DNA of 47,949 nt from a virus (taxonomy: Duplodnaviria > Caudoviricetes). The translations under genes and the position numbers were made by a program. Location: the IMG/VR virus record IMGVR_UViG_3300032295_002579, positions 1-47,949 of that record; one strand, given 5' to 3'. Below, one piece after another: positions 8,094 to 17,484 of this stretch. The first letter of the stretch is position 1. Every line of letters starts with the position of its first letter. The notes beneath the pieces are model-generated. The model saw only the letters and a program-made list of their open reading frames with translations, searched no databases and was not told the DNA's origin.

Positions 8094-8858
8094 ATGGAAC
8101 TTACAGCAGAAAAAATACTAGAAAACTGGAATCGATTTCTCTCAATTATAGATCAACACATTTCATCCCCCCGTAAAGAACAATTATTAGGTTTTTATCA
8201 AGAATACGAGGAACGATTTAGTCTTATGCCTGCCAGTCATAAACGTGATTATCACAACTGCTTTGCGGGGGGATATGTTGATCATGTTTTGAGAGTTATA
8301 GATTGTGCTCTTGAATTAGATAAAGTATGGCGTAAAGTAGGAGCTAAAGACACTTGGACTACAGAAGAACTAGTATTTTCTGCTTTAAACCATGATTTAG
8401 GAAAATTTGGAGACTTTGATCATGAAGCCGTAATTGAAAGTACAGATCAATGGCGTAAAGAAAAATTAGGTGAGTTATATCAATTCAATACTAAACTTAC
8501 TTATATGACTGTTCCTGATCGTGGACTCTGGATTTTAAGTGAATTAGGCATTTCTACAACACAGAATGAGTATTTAAGTATCAAATTACATGATGGTCTT
8601 TATGATCAAGCAAATGAACCCTACTTAAAATCATATATGTCTGAAACTAAACCTAGAACTAGTTTAATTTTCTTATTACATCAGGCTGATTTAATGGCAT
8701 CTAGAGTAGAATGGGAACATGAATGTTTAGATAATTTATATAAAGAACCCGTTAAAAAAACTACTAATTTTCAACCTAAAAAGTCAGCTCAAGAAAAAGC
8801 AGTTAGACAATTAGGAAATAAAAACAATGATTTATTAAACGCTTTAAAAAATTTATAA
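8094..8858 (+). CDS. HD-domain phosphohydrolase (YhaM-like pattern)
   Basis: PAS...YHNCFAGGYVDH, LNHDLGK, LHDG and LHQADLMAS motifs. Confidence 0.85.
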   Translation: MELTAEKILENWNRFLSIIDQHISSPRKEQLLGFYQEYEERFSLMPASHKRDYHNCFAGGYVDHVLRVIDCALELDKVWRKVGAKDTWTTEELVFSALNHDLGKFGDFDHEAVIESTDQWRKEKLGELYQFNTKLTYMTVPDRGLWILSELGISTTQNEYLSIKLHDGLYDQANEPYLKSYMSETKPRTSLIFLLHQADLMASRVEWEHECLDNLYKEPVKKTTNFQPKKSAQEKAVRQLGNKNNDLLNALKNL

Positions 8859-8859
8859 T

Positions 8860-9120
8860 ATGGGATTAATAGCAATTATACTTTGGATAGTAACCATTTT
8901 AGGTTATGTATTTTACAATCTTTGGCAGAGAATGTCTAAACTAGAAAAAATAGCTGAAGAACAAGCTACTTTTATTAGTCAAACTAAAAATGCCATATCT
9001 AATATTACTTATGCTTTTGATAAGATAGATGAAGAAAATGTTTTTAGAAGTAATGATTACGTAGGACAAATGTGGCTTGAATTAAAACAATTAAATGAAG
9101 CTCTTAAACAATATCAATAA
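8860..9120 (+). CDS. Small membrane protein with coiled tail
   Basis: N-terminal hydrophobic helix, 86 aa. Confidence 0.7.
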   Translation: MGLIAIILWIVTILGYVFYNLWQRMSKLEKIAEEQATFISQTKNAISNITYAFDKIDEENVFRSNDYVGQMWLELKQLNEALKQYQ

Positions 9121-9875
9121 TGAGTACTACATTAGATCCTAACGTGTATACTAAAAAAGGTACGTTAAGAAAAAGAAAACCAAAAAAAGATCGTAATTAT
9201 TTTACTCAAGAAACAGAAGATGCTATAGTAGAATTTGTAAAAGAAACAGATAAACCTAAAAGAGACAGAATTTATAGAGAAAAAATTCACTATGCTTTCT
9301 TTAAATTAACAGAAAATTTAATTCATACTTACAAATACTATTATACAGACAATCATACAGTAGAAGAATTACAACATAATGCTATAATATTTTTAATAGA
9401 ACGTTTAGAAAAATTTAAACCTGGAAAAGGAAAAGCATATTCATATTTTGGAACTATAGCTAAAAGATATTTTATATTTAATAATGCTAACAATTATAAA
9501 AAACTACAAATTCATCAAGACATAACTGAAACTATAAATGAAGAAGAAGGTACTCAAAAAGAATTAATAGTTGAAGCATTTGTAGAAAATCAATTAAGTA
9601 GTTTTTTAGATGTTTATGTTAAATACAATGAACAATATTTAATTAGACTTTATCCTAAAGAAAAAGAAAGACAAGTAGCCGACGCTATTTTAGAATTATT
9701 TCGTAAAAGAGAAAATCTAGATATATTTAATAAAAAAGCATTTTACATTTTTATTAAAGAAATGGTTGATGTAGATACAACTTTAATAACTAAAGTAATT
9801 AAAAAAATGAAATTGTTATATGCTGAATTATACAACCAATATAGTCGTGATGGAGTAGTAGAAAAACTTTTATAA
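9120..9875 (+). CDS. Phage sigma-factor-like protein (putative late sigma, gp55-like)
   Basis: Region-2-like segment EELQHNAIIFLIERLEKFKPGKGKAYSYFGTIAKRYF; lies just upstream of virion module. Confidence 0.65.
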   Translation: MSTTLDPNVYTKKGTLRKRKPKKDRNYFTQETEDAIVEFVKETDKPKRDRIYREKIHYAFFKLTENLIHTYKYYYTDNHTVEELQHNAIIFLIERLEKFKPGKGKAYSYFGTIAKRYFIFNNANNYKKLQIHQDITETINEEEGTQKELIVEAFVENQLSSFLDVYVKYNEQYLIRLYPKEKERQVADAILELFRKRENLDIFNKKAFYIFIKEMVDVDTTLITKVIKKMKLLYAELYNQYSRDGVVEKLL

Positions 9876-9893
9876 AACCATATTTATTTTAGT

Positions 9894-10232
9894 ATGGATT
9901 ACAATAAGATTATTTTTAAGAAAAAAACCATAGCTGATTTAATGCAAGAAGTTTACAATGATAAACAAGAAAAAGCAGATCAGTTAAAAAGCATGATTAG
10001 TCAATTGAAAAATTTAATTCAAGATGGTGGAGATGCTGTTATGATGGTTCCATTAATTAAAGAATACATGGATTTATTGATTAAAAACGATGAATCTGTT
10101 ATTAAAATAGTTCAAACCATTCAAAAGTTTGAAGCAGTAGCTGCTAGAACTGTAGAAGAAAATGGTGGAGTTATGTCTGAAAGAGACAAACAATTATTAT
10201 TTGAAAGTTTAGATAATTTAGGAATTTCATAA
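9894..10232 (+). CDS. Hypothetical helical protein
   Basis: 112-aa ORF; class L motif 9879-9887. Confidence 0.75.
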   Translation: MDYNKIIFKKKTIADLMQEVYNDKQEKADQLKSMISQLKNLIQDGGDAVMMVPLIKEYMDLLIKNDESVIKIVQTIQKFEAVAARTVEENGGVMSERDKQLLFESLDNLGIS

Positions 10233-10240
10233 AATTAAAA

Positions 10241-10759
10241 ATGTCAGAATCATCTAATTTTAACTCAGAAGGAACTACCATAAGTAATGCTGCTATTAGT
10301 AGTGTTGGAAATTCTTCACTTTTTAGTACTTTTAGAAATAGAAAAAAATATAGATATAGAGTAACAAATATAATTAATGATAAAAACGGAAATTGTATAT
10401 ATGTTGAATATGAAGATACTTTTCAAAATTACGGACAATCAAGTATAGCTAAAAGTAATCCTAATAATAGAGCTTATACTTCTAATTTTAATCTTCAGTC
10501 AAAACCAAAAATAGGAGAATACATAGATATATTCACATCAGCTGAACCTTATAGTGCTGCTTCAAATAAATCAACTCCTGTTTCAAAAACTTATTGGAAT
10601 AGTACTGGAGGACCTTTAAATATTTGGGATACTTTTGAAGGAGATAACATAAATTTAGATCCTACAGTTCCTGGACAAGCAAATGATACTCAAATGGCTT
10701 CATTAAATGTAGGAAATTATGATAAATCTTTAATAGGAATGGTACCTAAAAATGCTTAA
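10241..10759 (+). CDS. Hypothetical protein, possibly N-terminal OB-like part of a baseplate hub/spike
   Basis: KPKIGEYIDIF resembles the PxxGxxVxV motif of gp5/VgrG OB domains; position in baseplate module. Confidence 0.45.
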   Translation: MSESSNFNSEGTTISNAAISSVGNSSLFSTFRNRKKYRYRVTNIINDKNGNCIYVEYEDTFQNYGQSSIAKSNPNNRAYTSNFNLQSKPKIGEYIDIFTSAEPYSAASNKSTPVSKTYWNSTGGPLNIWDTFEGDNINLDPTVPGQANDTQMASLNVGNYDKSLIGMVPKNA

Positions 10760-10764
10760 TAAAA

Positions 10765-11814
10765 ATGTTTGAAGGAGCTAGTATAATACAAGGAAGAAAA
10801 AATAACAAAGTTATTTTAGATGAAACAGGAGGAATTATGGTTAATTCTGCTCAATCTAAAATACTAGTAAATTTTGAACAAAAAACTTCTTTACAGTCTC
10901 AAACTCCTGCTACTGTTACTTCTAATTTTGTTGTAGCTAAACCTACAGGAAGTACAAATAATATAACAGGATCTAAAGACATAATTCCTTTATATTATCC
11001 TACTGAAAGTAAAATTTCTCTCCCAACAGGATCTTTAATAGATATTTCAAGTATATTTTTACCTGAAGAAGAAGATTTAACTTTAGTTAGTTTATATAAC
11101 TCAGGTTCTATTTATGTTGCATCATCTATAAATCAAAATATTGATGAAGAACCTATAGGAGAAAGTAGATCACAAAAAGGAGAAGATAGACAATACTCAT
11201 CAGCAACATCACGTTTATCTAAAAATGAAACTATTGAAATTATAGAAGAAATATTTAAAAAAGTATTAAAGGTAAGTACTTTAACAGAAGGTCAAAAAAT
11301 ATTTGCTAAAGCTTGGAGACAAGCTGAAGGTGGTAATGCTGCTTTTAATGCTTTTAATACTACTCAACTTAAACCGGGTACTACTATTTATAATTCAATA
11401 GGAGTAAAAAATTATAAATCTAAAGAAGATGGAATAAATGCTAATGCTGAAACTTTATCTAGTTTAGGTGCTTATGTAGGTATAATAAATGGTTTAAAGA
11501 AAGTAAAAACTATAGATGATGCTATTACTTTAGCTAGAAAAGAAAGTAGTTGTTGTATAAGATCAACAGGATTTAAAGATGGAGGTTTTTATACATGGTC
11601 TGAAGGATATTATGAAACAAGAATATCAGAATGTGTAGAATATGATAAATATAAAAAAGGACAATCTTATACACTTTCACAACGACGAATAAAAGCTATT
11701 CAACAATTTAATGGATGTCCTCCTCCTAAATCTATTGTAGGTAAATATATTGATGCAGTATTAACAAGCTGGAAAAGGTCTGGGGAAAATTTTAACGCAG
11801 TAATATGGAAATAA
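10765..11814 (+). CDS. Baseplate-associated protein with lysozyme-like domain
   Basis: AWRQAEGG-NAFNTT-GVKNYKSKEDGINANAETL resembles lysozyme-fold muramidase/glucosaminidase motifs. Confidence 0.55.
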   Translation: MFEGASIIQGRKNNKVILDETGGIMVNSAQSKILVNFEQKTSLQSQTPATVTSNFVVAKPTGSTNNITGSKDIIPLYYPTESKISLPTGSLIDISSIFLPEEEDLTLVSLYNSGSIYVASSINQNIDEEPIGESRSQKGEDRQYSSATSRLSKNETIEIIEEIFKKVLKVSTLTEGQKIFAKAWRQAEGGNAAFNAFNTTQLKPGTTIYNSIGVKNYKSKEDGINANAETLSSLGAYVGIINGLKKVKTIDDAITLARKESSCCIRSTGFKDGGFYTWSEGYYETRISECVEYDKYKKGQSYTLSQRRIKAIQQFNGCPPPKSIVGKYIDAVLTSWKRSGENFNAVIWK

Positions 11815-11818
11815 ATAT

Positions 11819-12199
11819 ATGAATAGTATTTTAATATCATCAGAATTACTTTATATTTCATCATCAGTAAGTGGAACTTATGTTGAATCAGCAAAAGATA
11901 CTGTTATGTCAACAGCAGATTCTTTTACTATAAATGTTGGTCCACAAGGTAGTAAAAATATAATAAATACTTATAGAGTAAATAGTCCTTACATAGAATT
12001 AGGATATCAGTCAGATCCAACATTAACTTTACAAGCAGTTCCTAAAGGTGACATTTTAATTCAAAAATTAGAAGCTATGTTAGACATTATGAATGATATT
12101 GTAAATAATCCTGATGAAGTTAAAGCTATATCTGGAGAAATTGAAAATTTAAAGAAAAGTTTATCTGATATAAAATCAACCATAACTAAAACTCACTAA
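11819..12199 (+). CDS. Hypothetical protein, possible spike C-terminal part
   Basis: Beta-rich start then helical end; baseplate context. Confidence 0.5.
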   Translation: MNSILISSELLYISSSVSGTYVESAKDTVMSTADSFTINVGPQGSKNIINTYRVNSPYIELGYQSDPTLTLQAVPKGDILIQKLEAMLDIMNDIVNNPDEVKAISGEIENLKKSLSDIKSTITKTH

Positions 12200-13260
12200 T
12201 GGCTATAGACATAGAAAAATTAAAAAGCTATCAAACAGGAAGTAGAACTATTATTTCTAGTACTACTACTGTAATTCCTGGAGCTAGTATTTCTAATATA
12301 GCATCAGGTAGCTTACAAAAAACAATTCAAAGTGTTTCTAAATTAAGTAGTAAATCTAATGAAATATCTAGTTTTTTAAATGAAGCTAGTATAGCATCAG
12401 GTAATGGTCCTTTTAATTTATCTAAATTTGCTCGTGAATTTATTACAAAACAAAATAATGCTGATAAAACTCAAGGTAATACAACTAAAGTAACAGATTC
12501 AAAACCTATAACAAGGAAATCAAAACAACTAATAAAAAAAGTAGTAGATAATATTGTATCTAATTATCTTAGATCCGACCGATTACTTATAACTCTTGAA
12601 AAACAAATTAATAAAGTTTTAAAACAAAGCAATGTTACTTATATAACTATAGAAAATGGCCAAATTAAAGCTCAACCTATACAAAATAAAGAAATAGATC
12701 AAGTTATAAATAATTTTCAAAAAACAATTAATACTTATGTTGAAGCAGTAGATAAATACGCTAGAAGAATTTATAATACTGATCCTATTAGAACTACAAA
12801 TGATTTAAGAAATAACTTGAGTTTAAATCATATGGTTGATTTTATAAAAACAATAGTATCTATAGCTTTATTAATATTAAACTTAAAAATAAAAATAAGA
12901 AAAGCAAGAGACAAAGCAGCAGCAGCTAATGCTTTACTTACAACTCCTCCTCAACCTATAGTAGCGGCATCCTTTATTCAAGCTTCTTTAGTAAACACAG
13001 CAGACGAACAGAAAAAATTAGATGATTTAGCGGCTGCTCAAGAATTAATTTTAGGTATAAAAAATAAAATAGATTTTTATGGAGGAAAATACCAAAAATC
13101 TAAAAATAAATTATTAAACTTAAAAGCAACTATAGATAATTTTCAATCTCAACTATTCAATAGTGCTTTATCAGGAATAAATAATCAACTAACAGGTTCA
13201 ATAAGTCAATTATCTACTCAAGTTGATACTAGAGTAAATCAATTAACAGGTTCTTTATAA
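12199..13260 (+). CDS. Hypothetical helical virion-module protein
   Basis: 353-aa ORF, TAATG-coupled to previous gene. Confidence 0.7.
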   Translation: MAIDIEKLKSYQTGSRTIISSTTTVIPGASISNIASGSLQKTIQSVSKLSSKSNEISSFLNEASIASGNGPFNLSKFAREFITKQNNADKTQGNTTKVTDSKPITRKSKQLIKKVVDNIVSNYLRSDRLLITLEKQINKVLKQSNVTYITIENGQIKAQPIQNKEIDQVINNFQKTINTYVEAVDKYARRIYNTDPIRTTNDLRNNLSLNHMVDFIKTIVSIALLILNLKIKIRKARDKAAAANALLTTPPQPIVAASFIQASLVNTADEQKKLDDLAAAQELILGIKNKIDFYGGKYQKSKNKLLNLKATIDNFQSQLFNSALSGINNQLTGSISQLSTQVDTRVNQLTGSL

Positions 13261-13294
13261 AAAAATTACTAAATCAATATTTATATAATATATT

Positions 13295-13753
13295 ATGGAT
13301 ACTCAAAAATTTATTAAAATAGTACAAGAAGTAGTTCGTAATGAAGTTCGTGAAACTATTCGTAAAGAAGTTCGTATTGCTTTGAAAGAAGAATTATCTA
13401 AACAACCTCTTAAAGAACAATACAATCCAACTATTAATTCTTTAAAAAATAATTTAAAACCTAAATCAACAGGAAATGCTTTACAAGATATTTTAAATGA
13501 AACTGCTTATGAAGGTGAATGGAGAACTATGGGTGGTGGAACATATGGAGCTGAACAAGCTATGACCTTTAATTGGCAACAACAAATAATAAATGAATAT
13601 GGAGGATCTACAGCTCCTGTAGCTAAAGGAGGAATAGAAAATTTTATCCAAGCTAATAATAATGGAGCTCAAGACATAAGACAAGTACAAGTTAATGCTG
13701 TTCCTGATTTTAGTGATATGATGAAAGTAATGAAAAATAAAGGAATGCTTTAA
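13295..13753 (+). CDS. Hypothetical protein
   Basis: 152-aa ORF; class L motif 13276-13284. Confidence 0.75.
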   Translation: MDTQKFIKIVQEVVRNEVRETIRKEVRIALKEELSKQPLKEQYNPTINSLKNNLKPKSTGNALQDILNETAYEGEWRTMGGGTYGAEQAMTFNWQQQIINEYGGSTAPVAKGGIENFIQANNNGAQDIRQVQVNAVPDFSDMMKVMKNKGML

Positions 13754-14172
13754 TGTCTAATAGACCTGTATATCGATATAGTGACATTTCTCCTAATGCA
13801 ACTAAACAAAGAGAAATTGGAATTGGTGTACAATTTCAACCAAATAGTGTTTTTATTAGTACTTATACTACAAAACAGCAAGTAAAAAATCAATTAATTA
13901 ATTACATATTAACTAATCCTGGTGAAAGATTTTTTCAACCTTATTTTGGAAGTGGAATTAGAAATATTTTATTTCAACAAGAAGTAGATTTAGAAGGTTT
14001 AGAAGGTACATTACAACAAGGAATAGAAAATTATGTTCAAAATATTATAGTTAATAGTATTAATATTACTACTAATACTACTAGATCAAATGCTATTAAT
14101 ATAAACATAAATTATTCTATCAATAACATAACAGACGAACTCAACGTAGAATTAAATCCATCTGAAATATAA
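13753..14172 (+). CDS. Baseplate wedge protein, gp25-like
   Basis: VKNQLINYILTNPGERFFQPYFGSGIRNILF is the GPW/gp25 signature. Confidence 0.9.
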   Translation: MSNRPVYRYSDISPNATKQREIGIGVQFQPNSVFISTYTTKQQVKNQLINYILTNPGERFFQPYFGSGIRNILFQQEVDLEGLEGTLQQGIENYVQNIIVNSINITTNTTRSNAINININYSINNITDELNVELNPSEI

Positions 14173-16046
14173 TGGCTATACAATATATAAATAAAGACTT
14201 TCAACAGTTAAAACAAGCTTTAACTGATTATATCAAAAATAATTATCAAAATTATTCTGATTTTGGACCATCATCACCAGGTAATATGTTTAGTGATTTA
14301 TCTGCTTATGTAGGTGATGTATTATCATTTTACACTGATACTCAGGTTCAAGAAACTTTACTTCTAGAAGCAAAAGAAAGAAAAAATTTATTACCTATAG
14401 CATATAGTTTAGGATACAGCCCTAAAGTAACTAGACCATCTACTGTAGTTCTTGATGTATACCAATTAATACCTTCTGATGCATCATCTGCCTATGCACC
14501 TGATTGGAGATATGCGTTAAGAATACCCGAAAATTCGCTAATAAATAGCACATCTCAACCTAGTGTATCATTTATAACTCAAAATTTAGTTGATTTTAAT
14601 TATTCTAGTAGTTTTGATCCTACTGATGTAGCCGTTTATAGTTATTATAGTAGTACTTCAAATCCAATGTTTTATGTTTTAAAAAAACAAGTTGAGGCTT
14701 TTTCTGGAGAAATAAAAACTCAAAGTTTTAATTTTACTACTTTAGAACAATTTGCTAAAGTTACTTTAACAGATACTAACATTGTTCAAATTTTAGAAGC
14801 AGTAGACAGTGATGGTAATACTTGGTATGAAGTTCCTTATTTAGCTCAAGATACTATTGTAGATAAAACTTATAATATAAGTGTTTATGAACCTAATTAT
14901 TCTCAATATAATGATCAAGCTCCTTACATGTTGAGATTAAGAAAAGTTAATAAAAGATTTACAGCTCAATTTATTTCAGATACAGAATTAGAAATTAGTT
15001 TTGGAGCAGGAACAACAGGAAAAGACTCAGAATTAATTATTCCTAACCCAGATAATGTAGGTTTAGGAATTCAAGATGGAATAAGTAAATTTAATACAGC
15101 TTTTGATCCTTCAAACTTTTTTTACACAAATGAATATGGTCAAGCTCCTTATAATACAACAATTACTTTTACTTATGTTGTAGGAGGAGGAAGTGTTTCA
15201 AATGTGCCATCAAATGATATAAATCAAATAAACACAGTTAATCCTATTATTAATTCATATGGATTAGATCCCGTAGTTTTACAAACAGTAAGTGGTTCTA
15301 TTAGATTTAATAATGAAATTGGAGCAACAGGAGGAGGACCTGGTGATACATTAGAAGAAATAAGATTAAATACTTTAGCTAATTTTCCTACACAATTAAG
15401 AAACGTTACTAAAGAAGATTATTTAGTTAGAATTTTAAGTATGCCTAGTGAATTTGGATACATAAGTAAGGCATATGTAATTCAAGACTTAAATTTAAAT
15501 GCAGATAGAGACAATAGACAAGATATAACTCAATTTGGTTCAAATCCTTTAGCTTTAAGTGCTTATGTTTTAACAACAAATTTAGATAATAAATTAACTA
15601 CTACCAATTTAGCTGTTAAACAAAATTTAAAAACTTATTTAAGTCAATATAAAATATTAACAGATGCTGTAACAATTAAAGATGCTTTTTATGTTAATAT
15701 TGGAATTAATTTTGAAATACAAGTATTGCAAGGATTTAATGCTCAACAGGTACTTATAGGTTGTATAAATGCTTTAAAAGAATTTTTTAATACTAATTAT
15801 TGGTCTATTAATCAACCTATTATTATTTCTCAAGTAGAAAATGCTATTTCATGTAATAATGTAAATGGAGTAGCAGCTGTAAAAAATATTGAATTTGTAA
15901 ATAAATTTGGAGGTAATTATAGTCCTTACACATATGATTTAACTGGAGCTACTTTAGGAGGAATAATTTATCCTTCACTAGATCCTATGATTTTTGAAGT
16001 AAGATATCCTGATCAAGATATATCAGGACGAGTTGTTGGAGCATAA
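14172..16046 (+). CDS. Baseplate wedge subunit, T4 gp6/baseplate-J-like
   Basis: KDFQQLKQAL, AYVGDVLSFYTD, GGGPGDTLEEIR, RNVTKEDY motifs; follows gp25. Confidence 0.85.
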   Translation: MAIQYINKDFQQLKQALTDYIKNNYQNYSDFGPSSPGNMFSDLSAYVGDVLSFYTDTQVQETLLLEAKERKNLLPIAYSLGYSPKVTRPSTVVLDVYQLIPSDASSAYAPDWRYALRIPENSLINSTSQPSVSFITQNLVDFNYSSSFDPTDVAVYSYYSSTSNPMFYVLKKQVEAFSGEIKTQSFNFTTLEQFAKVTLTDTNIVQILEAVDSDGNTWYEVPYLAQDTIVDKTYNISVYEPNYSQYNDQAPYMLRLRKVNKRFTAQFISDTELEISFGAGTTGKDSELIIPNPDNVGLGIQDGISKFNTAFDPSNFFYTNEYGQAPYNTTITFTYVVGGGSVSNVPSNDINQINTVNPIINSYGLDPVVLQTVSGSIRFNNEIGATGGGPGDTLEEIRLNTLANFPTQLRNVTKEDYLVRILSMPSEFGYISKAYVIQDLNLNADRDNRQDITQFGSNPLALSAYVLTTNLDNKLTTTNLAVKQNLKTYLSQYKILTDAVTIKDAFYVNIGINFEIQVLQGFNAQQVLIGCINALKEFFNTNYWSINQPIIISQVENAISCNNVNGVAAVKNIEFVNKFGGNYSPYTYDLTGATLGGIIYPSLDPMIFEVRYPDQDISGRVVGA

Positions 16047-16059
16047 TATTTATTAGTAT

Positions 16060-17139
16060 ATGTATTCTCAATTATTTCCTTTACAAGATACAACTTTATA
16101 TTCATTGTACCCTGAAACCAATACAGGATTAGATCCTATATTAGAATTCACTAAACCTGATTATGAAAATGCATCTAGAATGTTAATTCAATTTGATCAA
16201 GGAGAAATAATAAATGTTTTAAATCAAATTAATTCTACTAAAACAACAGGTTCTTGGGAAGCTTATTTAAGAGTATATGCATCTGAATTAGAAAATTTAC
16301 CTACTATAGTTCCTATTTTAGTAAATCCTATTTCACAACAATGGGATCAAGGAACAGGAAAATTTGCAGATAGTCCTGCTACAGAAAATGGAGCAAGTTG
16401 GGTTGGTCCTAAACAGGGAATTTTATGGAATATAACAGCTTCAGGAGCAACAGGTTCTTACATTTCAGGTTCTATTGGAGGAGGAGCATGGTACACAAGT
16501 TCTTTAGTAACTCATTCTATTTCACAATACAGTTTACAAGATCTTTGGATTAATGTAACTCCTATTGTAACCCAATGGTCTTCATCTCTTATTCCTAACT
16601 ATGGATTTATTTTAAGAGTAAGTGAATCTGTAGAAAATAATCCTAATTACGAATATAAATTAAGTTATTTTAGTAGAGATACAAATACAATATTTCCTCC
16701 TTCTTTATTTTTTTATTGGAATACACAAGAGTGGGATCCTAATTTAACCAAATTACAAACAAATCAAGTATTTGATGTAGCTATTGGAAATAATGATGGA
16801 CTTTATTATCCTGAAAGTAATGTTAGATTTACTGTTGCTTCAAGAGATAAATATCCTCAAAGACAATTTGTAACTCAATCATTATACGAATTTAATAAAA
16901 CACTTCCTTCTCAAAGTTTTTATCAAATAGTAGATGTAGATACAAATGAAGCAGTAATACCTTTCAATAATCCTGGCACTTTAATAAGTGCTAATAAAAC
17001 AGGGTCCTATTTTAAAGTAGACATGAATACATTAGAACCTGAAAGATATTATACAGTACAAGTTAAAGTAAATATTGATGGTAGTACTTATGTTAAATCT
17101 CAAACTGATATGAAATTTAAAGTATCACAAACAGTGTAA
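16060..17139 (+). CDS. Virion structural protein, beta-rich
   Basis: DTTLYS...NTG...SRMLIQFD...NYGFILR pattern; class L motif 16045-16053. Confidence 0.65.
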   Translation: MYSQLFPLQDTTLYSLYPETNTGLDPILEFTKPDYENASRMLIQFDQGEIINVLNQINSTKTTGSWEAYLRVYASELENLPTIVPILVNPISQQWDQGTGKFADSPATENGASWVGPKQGILWNITASGATGSYISGSIGGGAWYTSSLVTHSISQYSLQDLWINVTPIVTQWSSSLIPNYGFILRVSESVENNPNYEYKLSYFSRDTNTIFPPSLFFYWNTQEWDPNLTKLQTNQVFDVAIGNNDGLYYPESNVRFTVASRDKYPQRQFVTQSLYEFNKTLPSQSFYQIVDVDTNEAVIPFNNPGTLISANKTGSYFKVDMNTLEPERYYTVQVKVNIDGSTYVKSQTDMKFKVSQTV

Positions 17140-17142
17140 GTT

Positions 17143-17484
17143 ATGGCAACAATTCCAACTCAGAAATTAATATATAGTAAAGAAATAAATAAGGTTTTAG
17201 ATCCACAGTTTTCAGCTTTGGTTCCTAAACCTGTTGAAGAAATTCCAACGGCAAGTATTCCTACAGTTGATGAATTTTTTGATAATTATGATATTTTATT
17301 TTATCAAATTCCTTTAACAGGAAGTAATTCACATGCTACTTTAATTGAAAGAAGTAGTGAGTATGTAGGATTAGATTTAAATGTTTTAATAGAACAAATA
17401 AATTTCTTAGAAGAACAAAATCAACAGTTACAAAAACAAATAGACGAATTTAATACAGGAGAATTTAACGAAACTAACGTATAA
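17143..17484 (+). CDS. Hypothetical virion-module protein with C-terminal coiled coil
   Basis: 113-aa ORF in operon. Confidence 0.7.
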   Translation: MATIPTQKLIYSKEINKVLDPQFSALVPKPVEEIPTASIPTVDEFFDNYDILFYQIPLTGSNSHATLIERSSEYVGLDLNVLIEQINFLEEQNQQLQKQIDEFNTGEFNETNV

